From Minisyncoccota bacterium (GTDB lineage: Bacteria > Patescibacteriota > Minisyncoccia > UBA6257 > GWB1-50-10), in contig JAGVBB010000003.1 in the NCBI GenBank assembly GCA_020059915.1, positions 160,610 to 224,609 of the forward strand: a DNA stretch of 64,000 nt. The letters run 5' to 3'. Each line of letters starts with the position of its first letter. Within the stretch, counting starts at the first letter, position 1. Under the pieces are notes generated by a model. It did no database searches, was not told the origin of the DNA, and saw only the letters and a program-made list of their open reading frames with translations. Positions 1 to 8,162 of the stretch are shown here, piece by piece. The position numbers were made by a program, and so were the translations under genes.

Positions 1-1478
1 ACAACGACAGTGGAAACTGCGGTAGCAATTGCTGTTTGATTAAGGCCATCATCACTATGACCAGTAGCAATTGCAGTGTTCGTAGTAGTTTTTGAAAGTG
101 TTGTAGTACACGCATACTTCCAATTCTCACCTACATCAAGTTTGTTGTTACTATTTAAATCACCAGAAAGAAAACTAATTGAATTACATTTATCATCAGC
201 TACTGAAACATTGCTGAGCGCCTGTTGTGTTCCAACATTCCAAACTGTGTAATTATATGTTACAGAACCAGATCCACTAGGTAATGACAAAGGATTTGGA
301 ACTTTTAAAATGCCAATAAGAGGAACAGTTATACTTCCACCTCCCTGAGCACTAACTACTGGCAACGGAATATCAGTATTGACGATCGTACATGTTTTAT
401 TGTCACCTGCTAAAAGAGTTACATTACCACTCGAATCACATCCAGTTCCACTAAAGCTTTGAGTATAAAGTGCATTTACATCTTCACTTACCACATAATT
501 TCCTGCAGTAAGAGTATAAGGGGTTCCCGGCGCCGAAGTTCCAACAGTTGGACTTCCCGACACATCAACACCACCGCTCTTTACATGAACCAAAAAGTCA
601 GAAGGCACCAACGTATGACTCGCATTGACAACAAGTTTAACAACGTTCAAGGTAGCCGGGGTTGAACCAGCAGGAATTGAAACAGTGTTTGCATCAAGTG
701 TTACTTGTGTCTGAGCTAATGCTCTCCCATTCAATACTGCCCCCGTTTCAAAAATAACTTGTTTTGCACTCAATATGTTTCCATTAAAAGTGGAGTATGT
801 CCCCAGTGTTGCACCTGTCACACCTCCTACTTGCCAAAATATATTCTTTACCTGAGCTCCACCGGTGAGAACTACTTTTGCGCCAGCAGGAATGCTCCCA
901 CCTGAGGCAACATTAAGATTTCCCGCTATTTGAAATATCCATACATCATCTGCGCCCCCAGACAACGTGACATCTGTCGATGTAGAAGCTGAGGCAGGTA
1001 TTGAAACATCTGTACCCCATTTATAAAGTCCTGGAGTAAACGTCTGTCCGCCAAGAAGACCACCATAAAGCTCAGTGCCATCAGGTAATGCTCTTCCCGC
1101 TGCATCGGTATATGCCGCCTCCATATTACTTATAGCAGTAGTCATATACGAAGGAGTTGGGGCAGTATAGTTTGCTGCATATATCTTTCCCGTTACCAAC
1201 GCTGAAGTTGAAAACGTATTTGAAATGTCCATAGTGAGTCCAAATCCGGTTATAAATGTTGCCGCGGCTGGGCTTATTCCAATATCTCCAGTAATCACGG
1301 TGACTCCTGTAGTAGTAACTGCGGTCTTTCCCAAGATAACAAAGTTACCTGCAGATAAAAGGTTCACCGAAGCCGGACCAGCGGCATATGCGGTTAACGG
1401 ACCGATTGGACCAACAAAGCTGAACACAAAGGGAACGACTAATGCGACCACCATCAAACTCTTATTGAATTTTGTCAT
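1..1478 (-). CDS. Secreted ice-binding-like (DUF3494) protein with C-terminal Ig-like repeats; 3' end runs off the window
   Basis: Not in the ORF track; translated by hand from ATG 1478. Signal peptide MTKFNKSLMVVALVVPF..., then DUF3494 motifs VNLLSAGNFVILGKTAVT, GDIGISPAAATFITGF, TFTPGLYKW, VWIFQIAGNL, NIFWQV, LNGRALAQTQVTLD, then beta-rich segments (VTYNYTVWNVG..LSNVSVADDKC). Confidence 0.9.
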   Translation of the reverse strand, partial: MTKFNKSLMVVALVVPFVFSFVGPIGPLTAYAAGPASVNLLSAGNFVILGKTAVTTTGVTVITGDIGISPAAATFITGFGLTMDISNTFSTSALVTGKIYAANYTAPTPSYMTTAISNMEAAYTDAAGRALPDGTELYGGLLGGQTFTPGLYKWGTDVSIPASASTSTDVTLSGGADDVWIFQIAGNLNVASGGSIPAGAKVVLTGGAQVKNIFWQVGGVTGATLGTYSTFNGNILSAKQVIFETGAVLNGRALAQTQVTLDANTVSIPAGSTPATLNVVKLVVNASHTLVPSDFLVHVKSGGVDVSGSPTVGTSAPGTPYTLTAGNYVVSEDVNALYTQSFSGTGCDSSGNVTLLAGDNKTCTIVNTDIPLPVVSAQGGGSITVPLIGILKVPNPLSLPSGSGSVTYNYTVWNVGTQQALSNVSVADDKCNSISFLSGDLNSNNKLDVGENWKYACTTTLSKTTTNTAIATGHSDDGLNQTAIATAVSTVV

Positions 1479-1518
1479 ATATTTTTATGTATTGTTTTTT
1501 TATATACCCTATAATAAG

Positions 1519-1544
1519 GCCGTTTCAGCAGATGTAATATTACA
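1519..1544 (-). promoter_or_regulatory. ECF-sigma-type promoter TGTAAT-N16-CGGC upstream of the ice-binding-like gene
   Basis: One of five aligned TGYAAT-N16-CGKC motifs in 1.5-3.8 kb. Confidence 0.7.
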
Positions 1545-1616
1545 GTCGTACCATAAATTTATTTATCAAAAACACCATATATCATATATGGTGTTTTTTT
1601 TAGAACGTTACCAACA

Positions 1617-2270
1617 TTAATTAGTGAGAAATGTAGAAGGCCATGTCACACTCACATTACCAGATTGATCTGTTGAATAAATCAAATAGTAGTACGTTGT
1701 GTTTCGCAATAGTCCAGAAATAGAAACATTCTGTGTTGTATTTAACATGGTATCGGTAATAGCGGTGTATCCGCTTACATCAACTGAATTTGGATATTCA
1801 TATGTTGTAAGTGGTGTATTGCTATAATATACCATTCCCTTAGCAAGCTCATTGGTATTCCAAGATACATTTGCAGTATTTCCATTTATACCAACATTTC
1901 TGTTATAGATAATCGGCGAAGAAATATCTGCGCCACCGACATTCCCTCCAGACATCTGGGAATTAAGTGCTAAAAGCGTAACAGGTCCAACTCGACCAAC
2001 AGCAGAAATTCCATTTTTTGTTTGAAACTTTGAAACCGCTGAACTAGTAAGTGGGCCAAAATATCCCGTTACCAATCTCTCTGGATATATCGATGTATCT
2101 TGCGCTAAAAATGATTGAAGTGCAGAAACATCAGTACCAGAACTTTCTATATCAAGCTGACGGTTGAGTGTCTCAGCATCAGCAGATAACGGATTACCAA
2201 AAACCGAAGCAAAAACTATAACCATGGCAAACATAAACATTAAACTCTTCCCAATTTTAGATGAAAACAT
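1617..2270 (-). CDS. Secreted protein with peptidoglycan-binding domain (PG_binding_1) and FN3-like domain
   Basis: Signal peptide; GTDVSALQSFL...TGYFGPLTSSAVSKFQ...GRVGPVT; C-terminal VSWNT...GLLRNTTYYY FN3-like fold. Confidence 0.85.
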   Translation of the reverse strand: MFSSKIGKSLMFMFAMVIVFASVFGNPLSADAETLNRQLDIESSGTDVSALQSFLAQDTSIYPERLVTGYFGPLTSSAVSKFQTKNGISAVGRVGPVTLLALNSQMSGGNVGGADISSPIIYNRNVGINGNTANVSWNTNELAKGMVYYSNTPLTTYEYPNSVDVSGYTAITDTMLNTTQNVSISGLLRNTTYYYLIYSTDQSGNVSVTWPSTFLTN

Positions 2271-2343
2271 AATATTTTATTTTAATTTTAAATTTTTGTT
2301 TGGTATAGAAATTCGACTATATAACATATACCTCTACAAGTAA

Positions 2344-2369
2344 GCCGATGTAAGAAAAAGATTATTACA
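2344..2369 (-). promoter_or_regulatory. ECF-type promoter TGTAAT-N16-CGGC
   Basis: Same motif and 16-bp spacer, upstream of the PG-binding gene. Confidence 0.7.
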
Positions 2370-2378
2370 GCAATCTAC

Positions 2379-2951
2379 TTAAACTGTTTTTGTTTTTAAC
2401 TCATTTATTTCCTTATCCAATTTTTCAATGTGCGCTTCTAATTTCTGCGAGCGCTCAATAAACTTTGCTTCAAGTTGTCGCGCCTGACTGGCAAATGTCT
2501 CTGCAACCATCATCATTTCAGTAACGTCCTCCATTGCAAGAAGTATAATTGGTGGAAATAATTCTGAAGAAGATTTCTCTTTAAAATGAATTTGGCGTGC
2601 ATTCAACATCATTATCTTGCGTCCAATAGAGGGGAATTCATGAGTAACTTCAAAACCCTTAAAGAAGGTGTTTTTAGGAAGAATATCCTCAAGAAGTTTT
2701 CGCAATGCAGGAATATCCCACTGACCATTCCCAAGATCATATACAATCTTCTTTTCTGTATCTTTTGGTTCAACCTGAAAAGCCCTATAAAATGATTCAT
2801 TCGCCGCCATTACGCGGAAATCTTTATCAAGTATAAGAACTGGCTCTCTCACAACATCTACTACTGTTTTGATGTACGTCCAACTCTCTTCCCACAACCT
2901 ATCAAAAAAATCTGTTCCGATGTTCCCGGTCTCCTTTGTTTTCGTTTCCAT
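2379..2951 (-). CDS. Stand-alone PAS-domain protein with C-terminal coiled coil
   Basis: VVDVVREPVLILDKDFRVMAANESFYRAF...LGNGQWDIPALRKLLE...ILLAMEDVTE, resembling the PAS of CheB/CheR fusions. Confidence 0.85.
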   Translation of the reverse strand: METKTKETGNIGTDFFDRLWEESWTYIKTVVDVVREPVLILDKDFRVMAANESFYRAFQVEPKDTEKKIVYDLGNGQWDIPALRKLLEDILPKNTFFKGFEVTHEFPSIGRKIMMLNARQIHFKEKSSSELFPPIILLAMEDVTEMMMVAETFASQARQLEAKFIERSQKLEAHIEKLDKEINELKTKTV

Positions 2952-2959
2952 ACTATAAA

Positions 2960-2985
2960 GACGGTAAAGACCTCAAATTATTGCA
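2960..2985 (-). promoter_or_regulatory. ECF-type promoter TGCAAT-N16-CGTC
   Basis: Motif ends 8 nt before the PAS gene ATG (leaderless geometry). Confidence 0.7.
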
Positions 2986-3035
2986 ACAAAAAGCCACCAT
3001 ATTGTTATAGGTGGTTTTTCCAACACCAACATAAA

Positions 3036-3356
3036 TCACAGCTGATGCTTTTTAATATGTTTCCAGGATTTTTTTGCGTGAGCAATAATTTCCTTTTTTT
3101 CCTTTTCGGAAAGACGCTTCTTTTGTGCATATGTTTCCATTGCAGTTTTTATAAATGAATTGTATTCTTCCTCTCCAACCTGCTTCATTTTTTTAAATTG
3201 TGGGGCAATATATGCATGAAATTCTGCAGACTTCTTTTTTACATCACCCAAAAACTTTTTTGTTGATTCAGAAACAAGTATAATTCCAGCCGCAATACTC
3301 AGTGCAGCGCCAATAAGTCGTCCTTCTATAATTTTTGCTCTATTATTTTTTTTCAT
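3036..3356 (-). CDS. Hypothetical protein, one N-terminal TM helix, basic
   Basis: ORF track; hydrophobic LIGAALSIAAGIILV followed by Lys-rich helices. Confidence 0.7.
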   Translation of the reverse strand: MKKNNRAKIIEGRLIGAALSIAAGIILVSESTKKFLGDVKKKSAEFHAYIAPQFKKMKQVGEEEYNSFIKTAMETYAQKKRLSEKEKKEIIAHAKKSWKHIKKHQL

Positions 3357-3369
3357 AATGTAATGTTAA

Positions 3370-3540
3370 TTAGTCTAATCGTAATATAAAAAATAGTGTG
3401 ATTACTGCTATTTGTATCTGAATAATACCAACCACAACAAATGTAATAACCAACCACTTTAGCGATTTCATTGAGATTTCATTATTTTTCTTCATTTCTT
3501 CAATTGTGTCTGATGTTCCATCAGAATGCTTTGTTTCCAT
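3370..3540 (-). CDS. Small membrane protein (METKHSDG...), 56 aa
   Basis: Start moved to ATG 3540, 8 nt downstream of an ECF promoter motif; C-terminal TM helix. Confidence 0.6.
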   Translation of the reverse strand: METKHSDGTSDTIEEMKKNNEISMKSLKWLVITFVVVGIIQIQIAVITLFFILRLD

Positions 3541-3548
3541 GTATAAAA

Positions 3549-3574
3549 GCCGATGAAACGGCAAAATTATTGCA
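3549..3574 (-). promoter_or_regulatory. ECF-type promoter TGCAAT-N16-CGGC
   Basis: Aligned motif with 16-bp spacer. Confidence 0.7.
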
Positions 3575-3730
3575 TACAATACACAACACGGATTAAAGAG
3601 TATACTTATTAATGAGATAAATATCTCTCCTAGACCAAACGTGCTGTAATGCCGATCCCAAGATATAGAGCCTAATTTCATAAAGCTGCTATAGATATAC
3701 CTCCACAATTACAGAAAACTGTAATGTTTG

Positions 3731-3756
3731 TGTAATAAAAATTGCCGAGATTCGGC
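3731..3756 (+). promoter_or_regulatory. ECF-type promoter TGTAAT-N16-CGGC (probable autoregulation of the sigma gene)
   Basis: Ends 7 nt before ATG 3764 of the ECF sigma. Confidence 0.7.
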
Positions 3757-3763
3757 TTATTAT

Positions 3764-4297
3764 ATGATGACCCTAGAAGATGAGGAAAAGATACGAACGA
3801 TATTCACTTCGGGACACCAAAACTTCAATCGAGGACTTAATTTGTATGCTCGTTCAAAAATTCAGGATCAAGCGACAAGCGAAGATCTTGTAGAAGATAC
3901 ATTTATGAAGACCTGGGTCTATCTTGTAAAAGGGGGAAAGATTGATATGATGAAATCCTTTTTATATCACATATTAAACAATCTCATTGTCGACGAATAT
4001 AGAAGACACAAAACACTTTCACTCGACAGCGCACTTATAAAAATTGGAATTGAACCAACCGCTCGTGATCCAAATCTCTCTGAAAAACTTGATGGGAAGG
4101 TGGTCATTCTTCTTGCGCGCGACCTCCCCGAACCATATAGAAATATTATAAATATGCGATATATAAGAGATTTATCGCTTACCGAAATGTCCCTGATTAC
4201 TGGTCAGACAAAAAATACCATCGCCGTACAAATACATCGTGGACTCACAAAATTGAAAACTTTGTATAAAGATAAAAGTCACACAAAATTTAATTAA
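3764..4297 (+). CDS. ECF (sigma-70 family) RNA polymerase sigma factor
   Basis: Region 2 SEDLVEDTFMKTW..FLYHILNNLIVDEYRR; region 4 LPEPYRNIINMRYIRDLSLTEMS...TIAVQIHRGL. Confidence 0.92.
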   Translation: MMTLEDEEKIRTIFTSGHQNFNRGLNLYARSKIQDQATSEDLVEDTFMKTWVYLVKGGKIDMMKSFLYHILNNLIVDEYRRHKTLSLDSALIKIGIEPTARDPNLSEKLDGKVVILLARDLPEPYRNIINMRYIRDLSLTEMSLITGQTKNTIAVQIHRGLTKLKTLYKDKSHTKFN

Positions 4298-4305
4298 CAC
4301 AACAC

Positions 4306-4437
4306 ATGCTTTGGACAATTATTATCGTATTAGCAATTCTTTGGTTTCTTGGATTTAGTTTTAAATTCGGAGGAAAATTAATTCACACATTACTTATCGC
4401 AGCACTCATTACGCTTGCAATTAAAATTATATTTTAA
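4306..4437 (+). CDS. lmo0937-family (DUF5670-like) small membrane protein, 43 aa
   Basis: Hand-translated MLWTIIIVLAILWFLGFSFKFGGKLIHTLLIAALITLAIKIIF; below the ORF cutoff. Confidence 0.8.
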   Translation: MLWTIIIVLAILWFLGFSFKFGGKLIHTLLIAALITLAIKIIF

Positions 4438-4438
4438 A

Positions 4439-4473
4439 ATCAAAAAACAACATAAATATGTTGTTTTTTTGAT
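4439..4473. terminator. Bidirectional AT-rich hairpin terminator
   Basis: ATCAAAAAACAACATA / TATGTTGTTTTTTTGAT. Confidence 0.6.
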
Positions 4474-4476
4474 ATG

Positions 4477-4675
4477 TGCGGGGAGCAGTAGGAATCGCCT
4501 CTCGCTCTACTGAGCTCGAGACCTACGGCTTCTCTTCGAAGCCTGCGGCACTAAAGTATTGCTATTTGTAGTTAATTACTTCGTAATTAAACAAACAGGG
4601 AACCCGCGGTTCGATTCCTGCCACTTACAAAATAAAACGAGCACATCATAAAAGACGTGTTCGTTTTATTTTTTT
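4477..4675 (-). mobile_element. Gene-3'-end cassette A, downstream of tRNA-Trp
   Basis: Direct copy of tRNA 3' end at 4477-4497; 35-bp core 4498-4532 shared with 8179-8213; inverted T-arm copy 4608-4619; hairpin 4629-4672. Confidence 0.7.
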
Positions 4676-4677
4676 TG

Positions 4678-4748
4678 CGGGGGCAGTAGGAATCGAACCC
4701 ACATTAGCGGTTTTGGAGACCGCTGTCCTACCGTTGAACGATACCCCC
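4678..4748 (-). tRNA. tRNA-Trp(CCA)
   Basis: GGGGGTATCGTTCAACGGTAGGACAGCGGTCTCCAAAACCGCT...GGTTCGATTCCTACTGCCCCCG cloverleaf; CCA end not encoded. Confidence 0.95.
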
Positions 4749-4834
4749 AACACACCAATAATACACAAAAATATATCAAAAGAAAACCCACATTTCTGTG
4801 GGATTTGCTAATTTCTAAAAGCTAACTGCTATCT

Positions 4835-5005
4835 TTACTTCTTTCCTTCCTTGTGTGGAGTCTTGGCGCGACACCAACTACAGAACTTCTCAAGCTCAAT
4901 TTTGCGTTGAACCTGTTTCTTGTTTTTTCGAGTCGTGTAATTCGCGTGCTTACATTTTGAACAACGAAGACGGATCAATTTTTCGGTAAATTTTCCCTGT
5001 GACAT
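4835..5005 (-). CDS. rpmG: 50S ribosomal protein L33 (zinc-ribbon type)
   Basis: Hand-translated ...IRLRCSKCKHANYTTRKNKKQVQRKIELEKFCSWCRAKTPHKEGKK. Confidence 0.93.
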   Translation of the reverse strand: MSQGKFTEKLIRLRCSKCKHANYTTRKNKKQVQRKIELEKFCSWCRAKTPHKEGKK

Positions 5006-5084
5006 AATAACGATATATAACTAATACAACTTACAATACTTTCAACAAAAAGTAAAGAAAATCACCTCTTCTTTATATTTTGTG

Positions 5085-5341
5085 AGCCGATGGTCGGGAT
5101 TGAACCGACGACCTACTCCTTCGCTTACACCTCTTTTTCTGATTACGCGTATAAGAGGACTAGACTGTATCTTTCCGCTCGTGGCGGACCCTTGTCAGTC
5201 GTTCGAGCGCATAATGCGCTACGGTCTTGACCATGCGTTGGCTATTAACCGTAATTCGGGATTCACATATGCATTGCTACATATGTGGGCAGAGAACGAG
5301 CGTTCTACCATGGAGTTGCTCTACCGCTGAGCTACATCGGC
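5085..5341 (-). tRNA. tRNA-Thr(GGT) interrupted by a group I intron; exons 5307-5341 and 5085-5121
   Basis: Joined exons give GCCGATGTAGCTCAGCGGTAGAGCAACTCCATGGT|AAGGAGTAGGTCGTCGGTTCAATCCCGACCATCGGCT, a complete cloverleaf. Confidence 0.92.
5122..5306 (-). ncRNA. Group I self-splicing intron, 185 nt, no ORF
   Basis: 5' exon ends in U and intron ends in G; P1 pairs exon GGU with intron GCC (U-G at the splice site) after an AGAACG/CGUUCU stem; R-like GAACGACUG and S-like AAGAUACAGUCU. Confidence 0.85.
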
Positions 5342-5558
5342 TTATTACATTTTCAAATGCATCATATAATGCACTTCTCCATTGTACGAAAAATACAGGA
5401 AATGTCCACAATCCCCAGTTTTTAACTGCACTGAATACACTATCTCATAACCTCTGAGTTAATTTATAACTAAATAATGCCAAATTCCTAAATTAATTTT
5501 GAACTAAAAAGATATCCTCCAATAAAGATCTCAACAAATCTGATAATCAATACACCTC

Positions 5559-5598
5559 ATTGGTCCAGCTACTTCATATATGAAGTAGCTGGACCAAT
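5559..5598. repeat. Perfect 40-bp palindrome
   Basis: ATTGGTCCAGCTACTTCATA|TATGAAGTAGCTGGACCAAT. Confidence 0.95.
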
Positions 5599-5600
5599 TA

Positions 5601-6323
5601 CTATTTTAACTTTTCAATTTCTTCCATCAAAATCTTTTTCAATTTTGAATTATGAAAATAAATAGTAACAACACCATGCTCACTTTTTCGTTTATACGTT
5701 CCCCTCCCTCGAAGTTTTGTCACAACGGGTTTTTGGAACTGCTCCTTTGGTACTCCCAATGATTTACACCAAAACCGCAAAATTTCTCGTTCATCTAAAT
5801 CACCAAAAATTTGTAAACCAAATTTCAATGCTTCTTTTTTTATTCCATATATTTTTTCAAGAAAATTGATAAATTGGATAATAACTCCAGGATCACTATT
5901 CCCCAACCGAATACTATTTCCCACCTTTGTTCCCTCGCCCCAGTATAGTCCAATTCCCAGGCCGAATAAAAACGAAGCATTGTTTGTTTCTGGATGATTA
6001 ACTAAAAAAGGATCTCCTCCCTTGTTTCTCTTTACATATGTCGCTTCACTTTGACTCCTTACTTGGATATTATGTGCAGTCATCCAATATATAACTTTAT
6101 GTTTTGAACATGAATAATATTCAGCAATCTCTTTCATTGATAGTCCTCGTTTTATATATAGAGTCTCCAATTCATTCTTAGAAAACGGACCACGAACTGG
6201 TGCCTTTCGTTCTTTTTTAACTTTCTTTAAAGAATCTATATATCGCAAACTTCTCTCCATTCTTTCTTTCTCCCTTTTTTCTCTCAATTTAACTGGATCA
6301 TATACTAACTTTTGTATTCCCAT
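5601..6323 (-). CDS. HTH plus single-motif LAGLIDADG-like endonuclease/maturase-family protein
   Basis: HTH-like LYIKRGLSMKEIAEYYSCSKHKVIYWM; LAGLIDADG-like FLFGLGIGLYWGEGTK followed by IRLGNSDP..FINFL. Confidence 0.7.
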   Translation of the reverse strand: MGIQKLVYDPVKLREKREKERMERSLRYIDSLKKVKKERKAPVRGPFSKNELETLYIKRGLSMKEIAEYYSCSKHKVIYWMTAHNIQVRSQSEATYVKRNKGGDPFLVNHPETNNASFLFGLGIGLYWGEGTKVGNSIRLGNSDPGVIIQFINFLEKIYGIKKEALKFGLQIFGDLDEREILRFWCKSLGVPKEQFQKPVVTKLRGRGTYKRKSEHGVVTIYFHNSKLKKILMEEIEKLK

Positions 6324-6340
6324 ATCTACGGTATATCACT

Positions 6341-6382
6341 CATTGGTCCAGCAATGTTGTATACAACATTGCTGGACCAATG
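6341..6382. repeat. Perfect 42-bp palindrome related to 5559-5598
   Basis: CATTGGTCCAGCAATGTTGTA|TACAACATTGCTGGACCAATG. Confidence 0.95.
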
Positions 6383-6486
6383 CTTTTCCCATGCCACTAT
6401 AATTTTATCCAAAGAAAATCTCTTACGAGAATTGCATCAGAAATAAATTTTTGGTACATTAGATGGAGGAACTTTATTGTTCCTAT

Positions 6487-6558
6487 GCCACCTTAGCTCA
6501 GCGGTAGAGCAACGCTTTTGTAAAGCGAAGGTCCTCGGTTCAAATCCGAGAGGTGGCT
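6487..6558 (+). tRNA. tRNA-Thr(TGT)
   Basis: GCCACCTTAGCTCAGCGGTAGAGCAACGCTTTTGTAAAGCG...GGTTCAAATCCGAGAGGTGGCT. Confidence 0.95.
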
Positions 6559-6577
6559 CAAAAAATAAAACACCCGG

Positions 6578-7789
6578 TCATCCGACTGGGTGTTTTTTAT
6601 GGTTGATAATACGAAGTGCTATTCCCCCGCTCATAATAACAAGAAATATAGAGGAAGTGAGCCACGCATATCGTATAGAATAGTTATCCGCGATCCATCC
6701 ACTTATGGGGAGTCCAATTGCCATTCCAACATGTCCCGCAAGCGCTTGTAGTGAAAGCAATGATGCTCGTTCTTCTGAAGGAATATGTGCATTCATATAT
6801 GCATCTGCAAATACACCATATGATCCACGAGAAATTTCGTGCATCAGAAACATGAATATTGAAAGAGATATTATAGGAGACAATGACGTACATATCATTA
6901 CCACACCAATAACAATTAATGAAATAATAAGCGGAACAGCAAAATCATTTCCCCCATTTTTTATTATCCTTTTTGATATGGATATACCAATAAAACTGAA
7001 TACTATAATTGCTACAAAGAACCAACCAAGCTGTGATGCTGATTGAATATATCCCTTAAAAAACGGTTGCCATTGCATGTTATATGCCTGCATTGCACAT
7101 GTTGCGATCCCAACAATAAGAAGAACATTTACCACATGTCTGCTCTGTTTTGCAAAAGACATTGTCTTTTTTGCTGTTGAAAGAAGATCTTTAAAACCTT
7201 CAGATACAGATACATAATTTCTTTTGACATGCTCTTCTTTCATGTAGATAACTGCGACAACACCAACAATGAAGAACACTAAACTACTCATAATCCATGG
7301 AGTTTGTAATCCGAATATCTCCGCGGCATATGAACCCATAAGAACACCAAATACTGCCCCAAGTTTTCTTACCTGCCCCGCACGAGTAAAAAGATTTCCT
7401 AGATCAACACTTCCTTCATGGAATGTGATGGTATCAACAATCCAGGCATCAAACGCACCAGTGGTGCATGTCATGCCAATTGCGATAATAACCTCGGCAA
7501 TTACGAACCATAAAAATTCTGGAGCAAATGCATACACAAATGTTCCAAAAGCAATAAGAAAACAAGAAACGATAAATGATGCCTTTCTCCCCCACGTGTC
7601 TGCAATAACCCCTGTCGGAAATTCGGCAAGAATAAGTGTTACTGCATACGCGGTGTTAACTAAGCTCGCATCAAGGATTGACAATCCCCTTGAAAGAAGG
7701 AACATTACATACGTAGCAAAATGAAATGACATTCCCCACTGTGTAATTCCTCCAAATGCGAGATACAAAAGATACATTCTCCGTGCCAT
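6578..7789 (-). CDS. Major facilitator superfamily transporter
   Basis: About 12 TM segments; motif A EFPTGVIADTWGRK; AGGAGG SD upstream. Confidence 0.9.
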   Translation of the reverse strand: MARRMYLLYLAFGGITQWGMSFHFATYVMFLLSRGLSILDASLVNTAYAVTLILAEFPTGVIADTWGRKASFIVSCFLIAFGTFVYAFAPEFLWFVIAEVIIAIGMTCTTGAFDAWIVDTITFHEGSVDLGNLFTRAGQVRKLGAVFGVLMGSYAAEIFGLQTPWIMSSLVFFIVGVVAVIYMKEEHVKRNYVSVSEGFKDLLSTAKKTMSFAKQSRHVVNVLLIVGIATCAMQAYNMQWQPFFKGYIQSASQLGWFFVAIIVFSFIGISISKRIIKNGGNDFAVPLIISLIVIGVVMICTSLSPIISLSIFMFLMHEISRGSYGVFADAYMNAHIPSEERASLLSLQALAGHVGMAIGLPISGWIADNYSIRYAWLTSSIFLVIMSGGIALRIINHKKHPVG

Positions 7790-7928
7790 GATATCCTCCT
7801 TTCACGCACGGGCGCGATTATTAATTTTTTAAATAACTTTTGTATTGAACGAGATGTTCAATACCTAGAAAGCAAAAAATCTCGGCTTCCTAGCCGAGAT
7901 GTTCTAGAATATGTTACTTACGTAAGAA

Positions 7929-8117
7929 TTAGGTTGTGGGGGTCACTATCTCTACACGCGCCTCGGCAAGAAAACAAAATATAGCTTCTGGAAGGTTCCA
8001 TCCAAAAAAGGTATATGACTGCTTATTCTCGACATGACGCATAATGTGTTTCATGATTTTATTGTCTTTACTAGTAAAACGCCCGGTTTTTAAAAGTGTT
8101 ACAAGAAGATTTGCCAT
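7929..8117 (-). CDS. Possible small hypothetical protein (MANLLVTLLKTGRF...)
   Basis: Distal part of ORF 7929..8270; the upstream part overlaps a non-coding repeat element. Confidence 0.35.
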   Translation of the reverse strand: MANLLVTLLKTGRFTSKDNKIMKHIMRHVENKQSYTFFGWNLPEAIFCFLAEARVEIVTPTT

Positions 8118-8131
8118 TCCGGTTAATTGCT

Positions 8132-8151
8132 CCTGCCTACCGGCAGGCAGG
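8132..8151. repeat. 20-bp CCTGCC...GGCAGG palindromic repeat
   Basis: CCTGCCTACCGGCAGGCAGG, exact reverse complement of 19835-19854. Confidence 0.85.
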
Positions 8152-8162
8152 CGCCGTCTCAA

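Noticed and set aside
459-1620. Plus-strand ORFs 459..665 and 1225..1620
   Set aside because: Antisense shadows of the minus-strand DUF3494 gene
5082-5457. ORFs 5082..5330 and 5227..5457 as intron-encoded proteins
   Set aside because: Antisense to the tRNA and intron, span exons, and show no protein motifs
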